Shown piece after piece: positions 18,809 to 28,847 of a DNA stretch of 64,000 nt (position 1 is the stretch's first letter; every line of letters begins with the position of its first letter). The notes under the pieces are model-generated. The model was not told where the DNA came from and ran no database searches. It worked only from the letters and a program-made list of their open reading frames with translations. Source of the DNA: Chloroflexota bacterium (lineage in GTDB: Bacteria > Chloroflexota > Dehalococcoidia > Lucifugimonadales > UBA3495); NCBI GenBank assembly GCA_027623675.1, contig JAQBVF010000017.1, positions 14,185-78,184 on the forward strand. Direction: 5' to 3'. A program made the translations under genes and the position numbers.

Positions 18809-19708
18809 ATGGCAACACCCCGGCCGCTGCGGACGTCGATGTACGTCCCCGGAAACAAAGAAGACTGGATGCGCAAGGCGCCCCAATACGGGGCCGATGC
18901 GTTGATCTTGGACCTGGAGGACTCGGTGCCCGTGCCCAACAAGGCCGAGGCCCGCGTGCTGGTCCGGAAGATGCTGGAGGAACTGGGCGGCGAGAAACCG
19001 ACGCTTACGGTCCGGGTCAACCGGCTGGAGACCGGACTCACCGGCGGCGACCTGGAGGCCGTCACCTGCCCCCAACTCTACTGCGTCCTGCTGCCCAAGG
19101 TTGAGAGTCCCGCCGACGTGGTGGAAGTGGACAACCTGCTCTCCCACTTCGAGCGCAAGGCCGGTATGGAGGTCGGCTCCATATTCATCGACCCAGGCAT
19201 GGAAACGGCGACCAGCATCCGGCTCTCATACGAGATCGCCTCAGCTTCCCCCCGGGTTGCCCACATGGGCGGCAGCGGCGGCAAGGGCGGCGATACCGCC
19301 CGGTCCATCGGCTTCCAGTGGACCCCGGAGGGCCTGGAAACCCTCTACCTGAAATCCAAGGTGCTGATCGACGTCCGTTCCGCCGGCGTGCCTTTTCCCA
19401 TGAGCGGCGGCTGGATGGACATCCACAATCTGGACGGACTGCGCGCTTTGGCAATCCAACTGCGGCAGCTGGGTTACACCGGAATGCACCTGATCCATCC
19501 CTCCCATGTTCCGGTGGTCAACCAGGTGTTCTCGCCCACCCCCGAGGACGTCAAACACTGGCAGGGCCTGATTCAAGCCATGGAGGAGATGCGGTCCACC
19601 GGGGCCGCCGCCGTTACCTTCGACGGCGACATGGTCGATATCGCCCACGAGGAGACCGCCCGCACCATGCTGGCCAGAGCCAAGGAGATGGGGGTTGAAG
19701 GGGCCTAA
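18809..19708 (+). CDS. CitE/HpcH-family CoA ester lyase
   Basis: LRTSMYVPG, LDLEDSV, VRVN, LPKVES, IHPSH, DGDMVD motifs. Confidence 0.92.
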   Translation: MATPRPLRTSMYVPGNKEDWMRKAPQYGADALILDLEDSVPVPNKAEARVLVRKMLEELGGEKPTLTVRVNRLETGLTGGDLEAVTCPQLYCVLLPKVESPADVVEVDNLLSHFERKAGMEVGSIFIDPGMETATSIRLSYEIASASPRVAHMGGSGGKGGDTARSIGFQWTPEGLETLYLKSKVLIDVRSAGVPFPMSGGWMDIHNLDGLRALAIQLRQLGYTGMHLIHPSHVPVVNQVFSPTPEDVKHWQGLIQAMEEMRSTGAAAVTFDGDMVDIAHEETARTMLARAKEMGVEGA

Positions 19709-19722
19709 GCCTCCAGACGATC

Positions 19723-20460
19723 ATGGCAGATGCTATGGAAAGGCGGATACAACTGGAAGGCTGTGTCAACTTTCGAGATCTGGGCGGGTACGCCGCCGCC
19801 GGCGGGCGGACCGTTAGATGGCGCAACCTCTATCGCAGCGACGCGCCAAACACCCTGACCGAGGCCGATGTCCGGATCATCACCGGCGCCTTGGGCGTTA
19901 CGTCGGTTGTCGATCTGCGCAGCAGCAGCGGGGTGTTGAACGACGGCCGGGGTTTGCTGGCCCTGTCCGGCATCGGCTACCATCACTTTCCGTTCCTGGA
20001 ACGCCGTGGCATCCTGCCGCCGACATCCGGAGAGGACTCGGCGGGCCGGCTGACCGAGATGTACCAATGGATGCTGCAGAACTCGGGGGCGCTGATTGCC
20101 CAAGCCTTTACAGCCCTGGCCCAGCAGGTGAACCAACCGGCTTTGTTCCATTGCAGCGCCGGCAAGGACCGCACCGGTATACTCGCCGCCACCATCCTGT
20201 CGGTGCTAAAAGTCAGCCACGACGATATCGTGGCCGATTTCATGATGACCAACGAGGTTATCGACGGCATACTGGCCCGGATAAAAAAGATGCCCGGCTT
20301 CGAGGATTCCACCCGGGACGGGATCATGGCCCCTAAACCGGCCATCGAGAGATTCTTGGCCGTGACCGAGAGCGAGTTCGGCGGCTCGGAAGCATACCTC
20401 CGCCGCCACGGGGTCCAGCAGAGCACCATCGATGGTTTCAGAGAGTGGATGCTCGAATAA
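19723..20460 (+). CDS. Protein-tyrosine phosphatase-like protein (Y_phosphatase3)
   Basis: NFRDLGGY, LYRSD, VDLR, HCSAGKDRTG motifs. Confidence 0.93.
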   Translation: MADAMERRIQLEGCVNFRDLGGYAAAGGRTVRWRNLYRSDAPNTLTEADVRIITGALGVTSVVDLRSSSGVLNDGRGLLALSGIGYHHFPFLERRGILPPTSGEDSAGRLTEMYQWMLQNSGALIAQAFTALAQQVNQPALFHCSAGKDRTGILAATILSVLKVSHDDIVADFMMTNEVIDGILARIKKMPGFEDSTRDGIMAPKPAIERFLAVTESEFGGSEAYLRRHGVQQSTIDGFREWMLE

Positions 20461-20508
20461 CCCCGTGAAACCCCGTCGCCACAGAGGCGGCGACAGAGGT
20501 GTCAGGCG

Positions 20509-21240
20509 ATGACCACATTCGTACTGGTCCACGGCGCATCCCACGGCTCGTGGTGCTGGGACAAAGTCGTTCCTTTGCTGGAAGCACAAGGCCATCAAGC
20601 ATTCGCGGTTGACCTGCCGGGCAACACCTACGGCGAATTCGATATTCCCGCGGCGCGGGTTACCTTGGATTCGTACGCCAGCCACGTTTGCAAGGTACTG
20701 GACGATTTGGACGAGCCGGTGGTGTTGGTCGGGCACAGCCTGGGGGGACTGACCATCAGCCAGGTGGCCGAGCGCCGCCCCGGCAAGGTCAGGTCTCTCG
20801 TCTACCTGACCGCTTTGCTTTTGGAATCGGGCCGGGCCATGAGGCCGGTGAGGACTCGCGGTCCGGAGGACGTCCGGGATGGCCTGGAACGGGAGTCGTG
20901 GGCCGTCTCAGACGACCTGAGCACCGTGATCTTCCATGAGGAATCACTGAAGCCCCGGTTCTACAACGACTGCACCGAGGATGACTTCGTCTGGGCCAAG
21001 TCCATGCTCGTGCCCCAGCCGTCCGGCCCGCTGATGGACCCGGTCCAGACCACCGAAGAGAACTTCGACCGCGTGCCCAGGGTCTACATCGAATGCCTCA
21101 AGGACGGGGCGCTCTCGATCGAGTATCAGAGAGAGATGCAGGCCAACGTCCCCTGCCAGCGGGTGATCACCATGGACACCGGCCACTCGCCCTTCCTGTC
21201 GGCCCCCGAACAACTGGCGGGCCACTTGGCGAGCCTGTAA
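20509..21240 (+). CDS. Alpha/beta hydrolase (methylesterase-like)
   Basis: FVLVHGASHGSWCW, GHSLGG, GHSPFLS motifs. Confidence 0.92.
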   Translation: MTTFVLVHGASHGSWCWDKVVPLLEAQGHQAFAVDLPGNTYGEFDIPAARVTLDSYASHVCKVLDDLDEPVVLVGHSLGGLTISQVAERRPGKVRSLVYLTALLLESGRAMRPVRTRGPEDVRDGLERESWAVSDDLSTVIFHEESLKPRFYNDCTEDDFVWAKSMLVPQPSGPLMDPVQTTEENFDRVPRVYIECLKDGALSIEYQREMQANVPCQRVITMDTGHSPFLSAPEQLAGHLASL

Positions 21241-21394
21241 CACTTGAGATAAACCTCAAGGACCCGGCACGTAGCCAAACCCGGCGGCCTTGGTTATGAT
21301 TGTCCCGGAGTTCCGGACCCCGAATCAAATCGAAACCCCGGATCGGGCCGGAATCCCGACGTACATAAGCTGAACCCGAAGTTTGGAGGCAACA

Positions 21395-22054
21395 ATGGCT
21401 AACAAGAAAGGCACGGGCCTGATGATTGTTTGGGCCGACGTTCCGGCGGAACTGGAAGATGAGTTCAACCACTGGTACCAGGAAGAACACCTGCAAGAGC
21501 TTCTGTCGGTCCCCGGCATCTTGAATGCGGCCCGCTACGAAGCCACCAAGAGCGGCCCCAAGCACATGGCCGTCTATGAACTGGAGAGCGTCGACGTGGT
21601 CAACACGGACGCTTTCAAGAACCGCCCCCGCACCGAGTGGGGCAAGCGGGTGTCGCCCAGCGTCATCGGCACCACCGTGATCAACAACGTCTATGACATG
21701 ATCCACCCCACGTCGCTCAGCTCCGACATCGCCGGCAGCGACATGGCCCCGGCCCTGCAGATCGGGCGCATGGCCGTCCCCGCTGAGAACGACGCCGAAT
21801 GGAATGAATGGTACAGCGGCGTTTACGTGCCCAACTACGAGAAGGCCCCCGGAGTGATCCGCGGCCGCCGCTGGCGCGCCGTGAAGGGCGAACCCGAATA
21901 CGCCACGGTCTACGAGTTCGAGAACGAGAACGTCTCGGAGACTCCCGAGTGGCTGAAGCAGCGGGACATCCACCCCGACAACGGCCGCATGCGGGACATC
22001 ATGACCCACGCCACCGGCTCACCCGGTGTCTGGCGGAAGACCTTCCAACTCTAG
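21395..22054 (+). CDS. Tandem EthD/DUF4286-like domain protein
   Basis: Two repeats (EDEFNHWYQEEH and DAEWNEWYSGVY); paralogous to 13872-14183. Confidence 0.8.
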   Translation: MANKKGTGLMIVWADVPAELEDEFNHWYQEEHLQELLSVPGILNAARYEATKSGPKHMAVYELESVDVVNTDAFKNRPRTEWGKRVSPSVIGTTVINNVYDMIHPTSLSSDIAGSDMAPALQIGRMAVPAENDAEWNEWYSGVYVPNYEKAPGVIRGRRWRAVKGEPEYATVYEFENENVSETPEWLKQRDIHPDNGRMRDIMTHATGSPGVWRKTFQL

Positions 22055-22208
22055 GCTAACTGCCGATCCAGCGCCAATCTCCAGGAAGTTTCGCGCCCTA
22101 ACGACCGACCGGGTCCATCATTAGGGCGCGAAATCGTCCTGGCATTGCGGCTAACCCCTGCCTTGGTTCAAGTGCGCGTTGCACTAACTTGGCGTAAAAT
22201 ACCGTCTG

Positions 22209-23183
22209 ATGGAAACGCATAACCACACGGGGTCCACGGCTCCAGGACACACCCACCGTTCTGCCAGTAAACGCAGTCTCGGTATCTCGTTGACCTTGAT
22301 CATGGGCTTCATGGTGGCCGAGGTGATCGGTGGTTTGCTCTCCGGCAGCATCGCCCTCCTCGCCGACGCCGGGCACATGCTCACCGACGGCGCGGCCATC
22401 GGTCTGGCGCTCATCGCCATCTGGATCGCGGGCCGGCCGGCCTCCATCGAGCAGACCTTCGGCTTCCAACGCACTGAGGTCTTGGCTGCCATGTTGAACG
22501 CCCTCAGCCTGTGGTTGATCGCTGCCTGGATATTCTTCGAATCGGCCCAGCGCTTCGCTGACACCCCAGAGGTCAACGGCGGTCTGATGCTGGGCGTGGG
22601 CGCGGCGGGTCTCCTGGTCAATCTGGCTGCCGCTGGGGTGCTGCACCGGTCGTCTGGGGAAAGCCTGAATGTGGAAGGGGCTTTCTTGCATGTGCTAGGC
22701 GATCTGCTCGGCTCGGTGGCCGTGGTGGCCGCCGCAGTATTTGTGCTGACGTTGGGATGGAACATCGCCGACCCCATATTTGGCGTGGTGATCGGTGTCC
22801 TGATCCTGGCCAGCTCCTTCCGGCTGCTCTGGAAGGTGGTCCACGTCTTGATGGAGGGCACGCCCGCGCATCTCGATCTGCACCGGTTATGCCAGCGTCT
22901 GGAGGAATTGGATGGAGTGACCGGCGTGCATGACATCCATGCCTGGTCCATAACATCCGGATACGACGCCATGAGCGCCCACGTTACCGCCAATGCCGGG
23001 GTCATGGCCGAACCCAATCCGGTGCTCCAGCGGCTGCGGGACATCGCCTGCGGAGAGTTTGGCGTTGCCCATGTGACCTTCCAATTGGAGGACTCTGAAG
23101 AAGGCTGCGCCGAGGACCACCATATCGAGCATCCGGAAGAACTCCCAGTCGGTCCCGGCACTAACCACTCCCACGAAGATTGA
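22209..23183 (+). CDS. Cation diffusion facilitator (CzcD/ZitB-like)
   Basis: SIALLADAGHMLTD, AFLHVLGD, HDIHAW, HVTFQ motifs; His-rich termini. Confidence 0.94.
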   Translation: METHNHTGSTAPGHTHRSASKRSLGISLTLIMGFMVAEVIGGLLSGSIALLADAGHMLTDGAAIGLALIAIWIAGRPASIEQTFGFQRTEVLAAMLNALSLWLIAAWIFFESAQRFADTPEVNGGLMLGVGAAGLLVNLAAAGVLHRSSGESLNVEGAFLHVLGDLLGSVAVVAAAVFVLTLGWNIADPIFGVVIGVLILASSFRLLWKVVHVLMEGTPAHLDLHRLCQRLEELDGVTGVHDIHAWSITSGYDAMSAHVTANAGVMAEPNPVLQRLRDIACGEFGVAHVTFQLEDSEEGCAEDHHIEHPEELPVGPGTNHSHED

Positions 23184-23258
23184 TCACTTCCTCTCCGAGA
23201 CGAATCCCGAATCGTCCCGTCACCGTATATAGGCTGGTCCCACCTGAGTTACCGATAG

Positions 23259-23840
23259 ATGCCAATCAAGAAAAAAAGAAATACCGGCCCAATCATCCTC
23301 GTTGCCGCCACCTTGATGGCGTTTTTGCTGGCGTTCCCGGTCTATTCGGCGGCGGCGCAAGAAGAAGACTCGGGGGCCGTCACGGTGACGGCCGGCCCCC
23401 ATCTGGTGAGGGTGGTGCCGGTGAATACGAATCTGGCCGCCGGGTTCATCCAACTGGCGCTTTACGTCACCGATGCCAACACCGGAGAGATCGTCCCGCA
23501 TGCCACGGTGATAGTAAAGGCCGACAACGAGGGCGAGAATTACGAAGGATGGGCCTACGCCCTGAATTCTCCTGCGGACCCCGGCAAGTATGATCTCCGG
23601 TTAAACCTTGGCTCCACCGGCGATTGGGTCATCAATGTCGATGTGACCAGTCCGCTGGGCCAAGGCGGTGGCAGCGCCATGACCTTTACCGTGCCGTCGG
23701 TCAACCGCTACACCCAAGGCAGCCTGGTCTTCTTCGGGGTATTCGCCGTGATGATGTTGGGTGTCGCCTATCTCTTCTGGAGCGTCAAGCGTCAGAACCG
23801 CCGCCGCCGTGAGGCTGCCCAGAGTGTGTCACAGGAATGA
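23259..23840 (+). CDS. Exported YtkA/FixH-like beta-sandwich protein with C-terminal TM anchor
   Basis: Signal peptide, DPGKYDLRLNL..TGDWVINVDV, C-terminal TM followed by a basic tail. Confidence 0.6.
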   Translation: MPIKKKRNTGPIILVAATLMAFLLAFPVYSAAAQEEDSGAVTVTAGPHLVRVVPVNTNLAAGFIQLALYVTDANTGEIVPHATVIVKADNEGENYEGWAYALNSPADPGKYDLRLNLGSTGDWVINVDVTSPLGQGGGSAMTFTVPSVNRYTQGSLVFFGVFAVMMLGVAYLFWSVKRQNRRRREAAQSVSQE

Positions 23841-23871
23841 TTGCCCAGCACGTGGTTGTCCGGATGACTCC

Positions 23872-24807
23872 ATGAGATTAGGCCGCAAGATACTCTTGGT
23901 GGCGCCCGCGCTGGCGTTGCTCCAATTGTGGTGGGCCGTGCCTGCCGTTAACGCTCACGCTGGGATCGAAGCGGGCCAGAACCCGTTCACCGCCTGGAAC
24001 TGGAACCCGTTGGCGACCCTGCTCCTGTTGATGGTCGCCTACCTGTACCTGAACGGCCTGAACAACTGGCAACGCCCAACTCATCGGATCAGCCGCTGGC
24101 AGAAGGCGTCTTTCTTCACCGGCCTGTTCTTTATCTTCATCGCGCTCCAGTCGCCCTTGGACAATCTGTCTGAGCATATGTTGTCCTTCCACCAACTGCA
24201 GCACTTCATCCTTCGTATGTTGGCGCCGTTGTTGATACTGCTGGGGGCGCCGCTGACGCCGGTGCTGCGTGGGTTACCCCCCTGGGCGTTGCAGGGTTTC
24301 GTCAAACCTACGGTGCGCAGTCCGTTGGCCCGCGCGGCCTACGACAAATTGACCAACCCGGTGATCACCGTCTTCATATTCATGGCGGTGCTCTATCTCT
24401 GGCAGATACCCGGCGGGTTCAACCTGGCCCTGCGGAACGAATTCATCCACGCTCTGATGCACATCACCATGATGTCATCCGGGTTCATCTTCTATTGGGC
24501 GGTGATCGACCCCAAGCCCCACCGCTCCAGGGTCCACTATGGAGTCAGGGTGCTCTACCTGGGACTGATAGTGCTGCCCAACACCATCCTGGGAGCGGTG
24601 ATCACATTCTCCAGGAGCGTCGTCTACTCCTACTATGAGACCGCGTACCGGCCCTTTGACATGTCGGTGATGACCGACCAACAGATCGGCGGACTGATCC
24701 TCTGGGTGCCGGGCGATATGATGAGCATACTGGTGGCCGGCATCGTCATGATCATGTGGTACGAGCAGGAAGAAGGCGCCAGCAACGCCGCTCGGCAACT
24801 GCCCTGA
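23872..24807 (+). CDS. Cytochrome c oxidase assembly protein, caa3-type CtaG family
   Basis: LQSPLD, HQLQHFILRMLAPLLILLGAP, HALMH, DQQIGGLILWVPG motifs. Confidence 0.88.
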   Translation: MRLGRKILLVAPALALLQLWWAVPAVNAHAGIEAGQNPFTAWNWNPLATLLLLMVAYLYLNGLNNWQRPTHRISRWQKASFFTGLFFIFIALQSPLDNLSEHMLSFHQLQHFILRMLAPLLILLGAPLTPVLRGLPPWALQGFVKPTVRSPLARAAYDKLTNPVITVFIFMAVLYLWQIPGGFNLALRNEFIHALMHITMMSSGFIFYWAVIDPKPHRSRVHYGVRVLYLGLIVLPNTILGAVITFSRSVVYSYYETAYRPFDMSVMTDQQIGGLILWVPGDMMSILVAGIVMIMWYEQEEGASNAARQLP

Positions 24808-24914
24808 ACCCAAACCAACGAAGATTCCGTGTCCCAACGAATACGGTTGGGCAGCGACGATCTACCTTGGCGCCCCACATCAGCACGGGTCAGCCACGCG
24901 CCTCCGTTCGGCCC

Positions 24915-24943
24915 TTGACCCCTTAATGCCTCATCCCTAGGAT
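24915..24943 (+). promoter_or_regulatory. Sigma70-type promoter for the LLM monooxygenase gene
   Basis: TTGACC-17 bp-TAGGAT. Confidence 0.5.
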
Positions 24944-24975
24944 GTAGCTATCCGAACGGGGGAGAGGGGCGCGAC

Positions 24976-26106
24976 ATGACCACCGGTAACAAGAATGGCA
25001 ACGCCAACGGCAACACCAGCGGCGAGACACTGTTTAGCTGGTTCATACCCATCGACGGCGACGGCGCCAGGGCCGGCACCGCCAGGGCCGAGCGCCCACC
25101 CGACTTCGAATACCTGCGCAAGGTCGCCCAGACCGCCGAGGACAACGGCTTCTACTCGCTGCTGGTCCCCACCCGGTTCGCCAACGGTCTCTTCGCCGAA
25201 GATGCGCCCCTGGCCGAGACCTGGACCACCGCCACCGCCCTCGCCGCGGTGACCAAGCGCATCCGCTTCCTGATCGCCGTGAGACCGGGCTTCGTGGTGC
25301 TGGGGCTGTTCGCCCAGATGGCCGCCGCCCTCCATCACATCTCCAGAGGCCGCATCGACATCAACATCGTTCCCGGCGGCATCCAGAACGACTTCGAACG
25401 GGTGGGCGAGTTCACCGACCAGAGCACCCGCTACGAGCGCGCCGAGGAGTTCATCGCCGCCTGCCGCAAACTGTGGGCCGGGCCTGGCCCCGTGGAGTTT
25501 CAAGGCGAGTATTACAACCTGAAAAACGCTTATTGCTCTCCCTCCCCCACTGGCCAACCGCCCGAGTTCTACCTGGGCGGAGCGTCGCCCCGGGCCAACG
25601 CCCTCTCGGGCCGTCAGGCCGATGTTCACCTTAACTGGATCGAGCCGCTGGCCGACTCCGCGGCCCGCTTCGACGCCGTGCGCGAAGAGTTCAAGAAGGC
25701 TGGCCGCACCCCCAAGCTGGGTATCAGGACGCATCTGGTGGTGCGGGACAGAGAAGAAGACGCCTGGAAGGCCGCCAACGAGCTGATCGACCACGCCGAC
25801 CCGGCGGTGAAGGCCCAGCGTCTGGCAGCCGTCGCCGGCACGGCAATGGTTGGGGCGGCGGCCCAGGCCCGGCAAGCGCCCAACCACATAGTCGCTCCCC
25901 ACCTGTGGAACGGCCTGTCCGAGGTCCGGGTCAACTGCGGCACCGCCATCGTCGGCACCCCCGAGCAGGTCACCGACGTGCTCCTGGACTACTGGAAGCT
26001 GGGCGTGGACCAGTTCATCCTCTCCGGCTTCCCCCACGTAGAAGAATGCGAACGCACCGCAACCGACGTGCTGCCGCTGCTGCGCCAGAAGATGGCAGTC
26101 GGGTAG
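24976..26106 (+). CDS. LLM-class flavin-dependent monooxygenase (SsuD-like)
   Basis: WFIPIDGDG, AEDNGF, FLIAVRPG, YLGGAS, IVGTPEQV, FILSGFPH motifs. Confidence 0.92.
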   Translation: MTTGNKNGNANGNTSGETLFSWFIPIDGDGARAGTARAERPPDFEYLRKVAQTAEDNGFYSLLVPTRFANGLFAEDAPLAETWTTATALAAVTKRIRFLIAVRPGFVVLGLFAQMAAALHHISRGRIDINIVPGGIQNDFERVGEFTDQSTRYERAEEFIAACRKLWAGPGPVEFQGEYYNLKNAYCSPSPTGQPPEFYLGGASPRANALSGRQADVHLNWIEPLADSAARFDAVREEFKKAGRTPKLGIRTHLVVRDREEDAWKAANELIDHADPAVKAQRLAAVAGTAMVGAAAQARQAPNHIVAPHLWNGLSEVRVNCGTAIVGTPEQVTDVLLDYWKLGVDQFILSGFPHVEECERTATDVLPLLRQKMAVG

Positions 26107-26324
26107 CGCCGGAAATCCCCTGATGAATTTTGGCGAAAGGAATACTCGCCGTTGATTTCGGAGTCTTCAGCGAAATCAAGCTACGTACGAACTTGAATGA
26201 AATGACACCGACGATCGGACTATTATGTGAAAAACCCGTATAATTTGTGAAACGCATTAGTTACCAATTTATGTTTTGTGGTGGAGGTAGATGGGTGGTA
26301 ACCGCGTCATGCGGAGGATTGGCA

Positions 26325-26879
26325 ATGTCTGTAGACTATAACGAAGAAAAGTTCAAAGAATTAATTTTGTATATTTCAGAGGCATGTAGGGCGCATCCGA
26401 TTTTTGGTGCAACTAAGCTCAATAAAATTCTGTTTTTCTCCGATTTTATTGCCTATGAAGACCTTGGATCATCGATTACTGGGGCGGAATATATGGCCTT
26501 AGAGTTTGGGCCTGCTCCACGAGAGATGATTCCGATTCGAGAGGAAATGGTTCTGAATGGAGATATCGTAATAGAAAGACGCGGGTCTCAGACCCGATTG
26601 GTCCCGGAAAGGCCACCCAATTCCGAAATATTTTCTCCTGAAGAGCGCGCGATTGTCGACAGATTGATTGAGTTGCTCAAGTGTCAAGATGCGGAGTGGA
26701 TTTCCGAACTCTCACACAAGTTTCTGGGGTGGAGGGCCGCTTGGGCAGAAACGTTATACACTGGTGGATGGGCCACGATTCCCTACGAAACCGTTCACGT
26801 TTCCAATACACCCATCAACGAGGCCGAATTGATTGATGGTCTGACTCTAGCTGAGGAACATGGCTGGTCACTTAAGTAA
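26325..26879 (+). CDS. Panacea-domain (DUF4065/GepA/SocA-like) antitoxin
   Basis: KFKELILYI, TKLNKILFFSDF, GSSITG..Y.ALEFGPAP, SELSH..W motifs. Low GC; ATG follows GGAGG. Confidence 0.85.
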   Translation: MSVDYNEEKFKELILYISEACRAHPIFGATKLNKILFFSDFIAYEDLGSSITGAEYMALEFGPAPREMIPIREEMVLNGDIVIERRGSQTRLVPERPPNSEIFSPEERAIVDRLIELLKCQDAEWISELSHKFLGWRAAWAETLYTGGWATIPYETVHVSNTPINEAELIDGLTLAEEHGWSLK

Positions 26880-27162
26880 CGACCAACCTAGTGGGATGCG
26901 AAATCTCCGCCATCAGCCAACATATGAGCTTTCAGCGCTAGCAATTGGACTGACTGTCGCCGAACTTGACGACTTGTTGCTCGGAGTTACATTTACAATC
27001 GCAAGAATCCCAGATATTTTCCCGGTCGTTGCTCAAGACGCCATGGGAAACGAACTGTTTGTGGCAAGATATACCGGTAATCCACCCCTGTTGGTCTGGT
27101 TTTCATACAACGACGTAGTGGTTGACCTGTGGTTTGTCACTCTGGCCCAACCCGAATCCTGA
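26860..27162 (+). CDS. Hypothetical protein, putative partner toxin (possible RelE/ParE-like fold); alternative start 26896
   Basis: Overlaps the Panacea gene by 20 nt, same low-GC composition; about 90-100 aa with a beta-alpha-alpha-beta-beta-beta-like pattern. Confidence 0.6.
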   Translation: MAGHLSNDQPSGMRNLRHQPTYELSALAIGLTVAELDDLLLGVTFTIARIPDIFPVVAQDAMGNELFVARYTGNPPLLVWFSYNDVVVDLWFVTLAQPES

Positions 27163-27224
27163 TTTGGTCGGCGCGATTAACCTCAAGCATTACGTTATTT
27201 CTCCGGTGCATGTTCACTCACCCC

Positions 27225-28640
27225 CTACGAAACCACCGGCCGTTTCCCCGCCCAAGGCTGTGCAGCTTCAAACGCTGCTGACGCCTGTAGGACCTTGGCT
27301 TCCGAGCCTCTGGGGCCGATGATGTGTAGGCCGATGGGCATTCCGTCGGACGAGTAGCCGCAGGGGACGCTGGCGGCGGTCTGACCGGTGATGTTGATCA
27401 GGTAGGTGAAGGGCAAGAACCCCCAGAACGGCTCCACGGTCTTGCCACCGATCACACTGGGACGCTGGTCGATCTCGAAGGCCGGCACCGCCATGGTTGG
27501 CGACAGCAGCAGGTCGAAATCGTCGAAGAACTCCTCCATCCGCCGCCCCAGCCGGTCCACCTCGTAGATGGCCCGCGACATATCGGCCCCGGTCATCGAC
27601 TGGCCGTGCAGGATCGACTTCAAGCCGTAGTCCGAGAAGTCGTCGCGGTGTTCCTCCAGCAGGTGCCCGTAGGAGGTGTAAGCCGCTGTGGCGAACACGT
27701 TCCAGAATGGCTCGAAGGGGTCCTCCAATCTCAGGTTGGCATCCTCAAGCTTTGCCCCCATGCCGGCGAACAACCCCGCGGCCAACTCGGTTACCTGAGC
27801 CACTTCCGGGTCCACCGCCGCAAAGCCGAAGTCGCTGCTCCAAGCCATTCTCATGCCTTCCACTCCCTCATTCAGGCCGGCGCTGAAGTCGGGAGCCGGT
27901 TGCCTGAGCGACGTAACGTCGCGGAAGTCGGGGCCGGCCACCACCTGGAGCAGCAAGGCCGAGTCGGCCACCGTGCGGGTGATGGGGCCTGACTGGGAGA
28001 AATGATTGGCCGCCGGCCGTCCGTAGCCGCCGTAGCGGGGCACTCGACCCTGAGTGGGCTTGATTCCGTAGACGCCGCTGAAACTGGCCGGGATGCGGAT
28101 GGAGCCGCCGCCGTCGGTGCCCATGGACAGGGTACAGAGACCCGCCGCCAGGGCCGCCGCCGCGCCGCCGCTGGAGCCGCCCGGCGTGCGGTCCGTGTTC
28201 CACGGGTTGCGGCACGGCCCGCCCAATCTGTTCTCGGTGGTGCCCGACTGACCGAACTCGGGGGTGTTGGTCTTGCCCAATATCACGGCTCCCGACGCCT
28301 TCACGCGCTCCACCACGATTGAGTCCATGTCCGGCACCCGGTCCCTGAATACCGCTGAGCCCATGGTGGTGGTCACGCCCTTGGTCAACTCCAGGTCCTT
28401 GATGGAGATGGGAACGCCGTGCAACGGACCCAATTCCGAGCCGCTCCGCACCGCCGCGTCGGCGGCCTTGGCTTCGGCGAGCGCCTGGTCATGGCACAGG
28501 GTCAGATAGGAATTCAACCGGGGGTCCAGGGCGTCGATGCGCTGGAAGAAATTCTCAGTGGCCTCCCATGACGAGACCTTCTTCTGACGTATGGCTTGGG
28601 CTAGTTCCACGGCGGACATGAAAGCCAGTTCAGCGCTCAT
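27225..28640 (-). CDS. Amidase signature family protein
   Basis: GPLHGVPISIKD, GKTNTPEFG, PGGSSGG, GTDGGGSIRIPA motifs. Confidence 0.94.
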   Translation of the reverse strand: MSAELAFMSAVELAQAIRQKKVSSWEATENFFQRIDALDPRLNSYLTLCHDQALAEAKAADAAVRSGSELGPLHGVPISIKDLELTKGVTTTMGSAVFRDRVPDMDSIVVERVKASGAVILGKTNTPEFGQSGTTENRLGGPCRNPWNTDRTPGGSSGGAAAALAAGLCTLSMGTDGGGSIRIPASFSGVYGIKPTQGRVPRYGGYGRPAANHFSQSGPITRTVADSALLLQVVAGPDFRDVTSLRQPAPDFSAGLNEGVEGMRMAWSSDFGFAAVDPEVAQVTELAAGLFAGMGAKLEDANLRLEDPFEPFWNVFATAAYTSYGHLLEEHRDDFSDYGLKSILHGQSMTGADMSRAIYEVDRLGRRMEEFFDDFDLLLSPTMAVPAFEIDQRPSVIGGKTVEPFWGFLPFTYLINITGQTAASVPCGYSSDGMPIGLHIIGPRGSEAKVLQASAAFEAAQPWAGKRPVVS

Positions 28641-28847
28641 GCGGCTCCTCCCGGTGCTATAATCGGGCCTGCCTGCCGCCCAGGGTTCGCCTGAACACGG
28701 CTGGCCGATTTACTGGCGCAATTATAGCGGCGAGGGCGGCTGGGCACCACTCGGTTGTTGCCGCGACCCACCACCCCCTAGCCCGCTTGATAAACCCGGC
28801 ATCTGGCCCGGCATGCCGCCCGGTTGCCCGCTTGAGGAGAGATAGCC

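Noticed and set aside
27225..28640. gatA assignment
   Set aside because: Generic amidase signature only, with no gatB or gatC adjacent.
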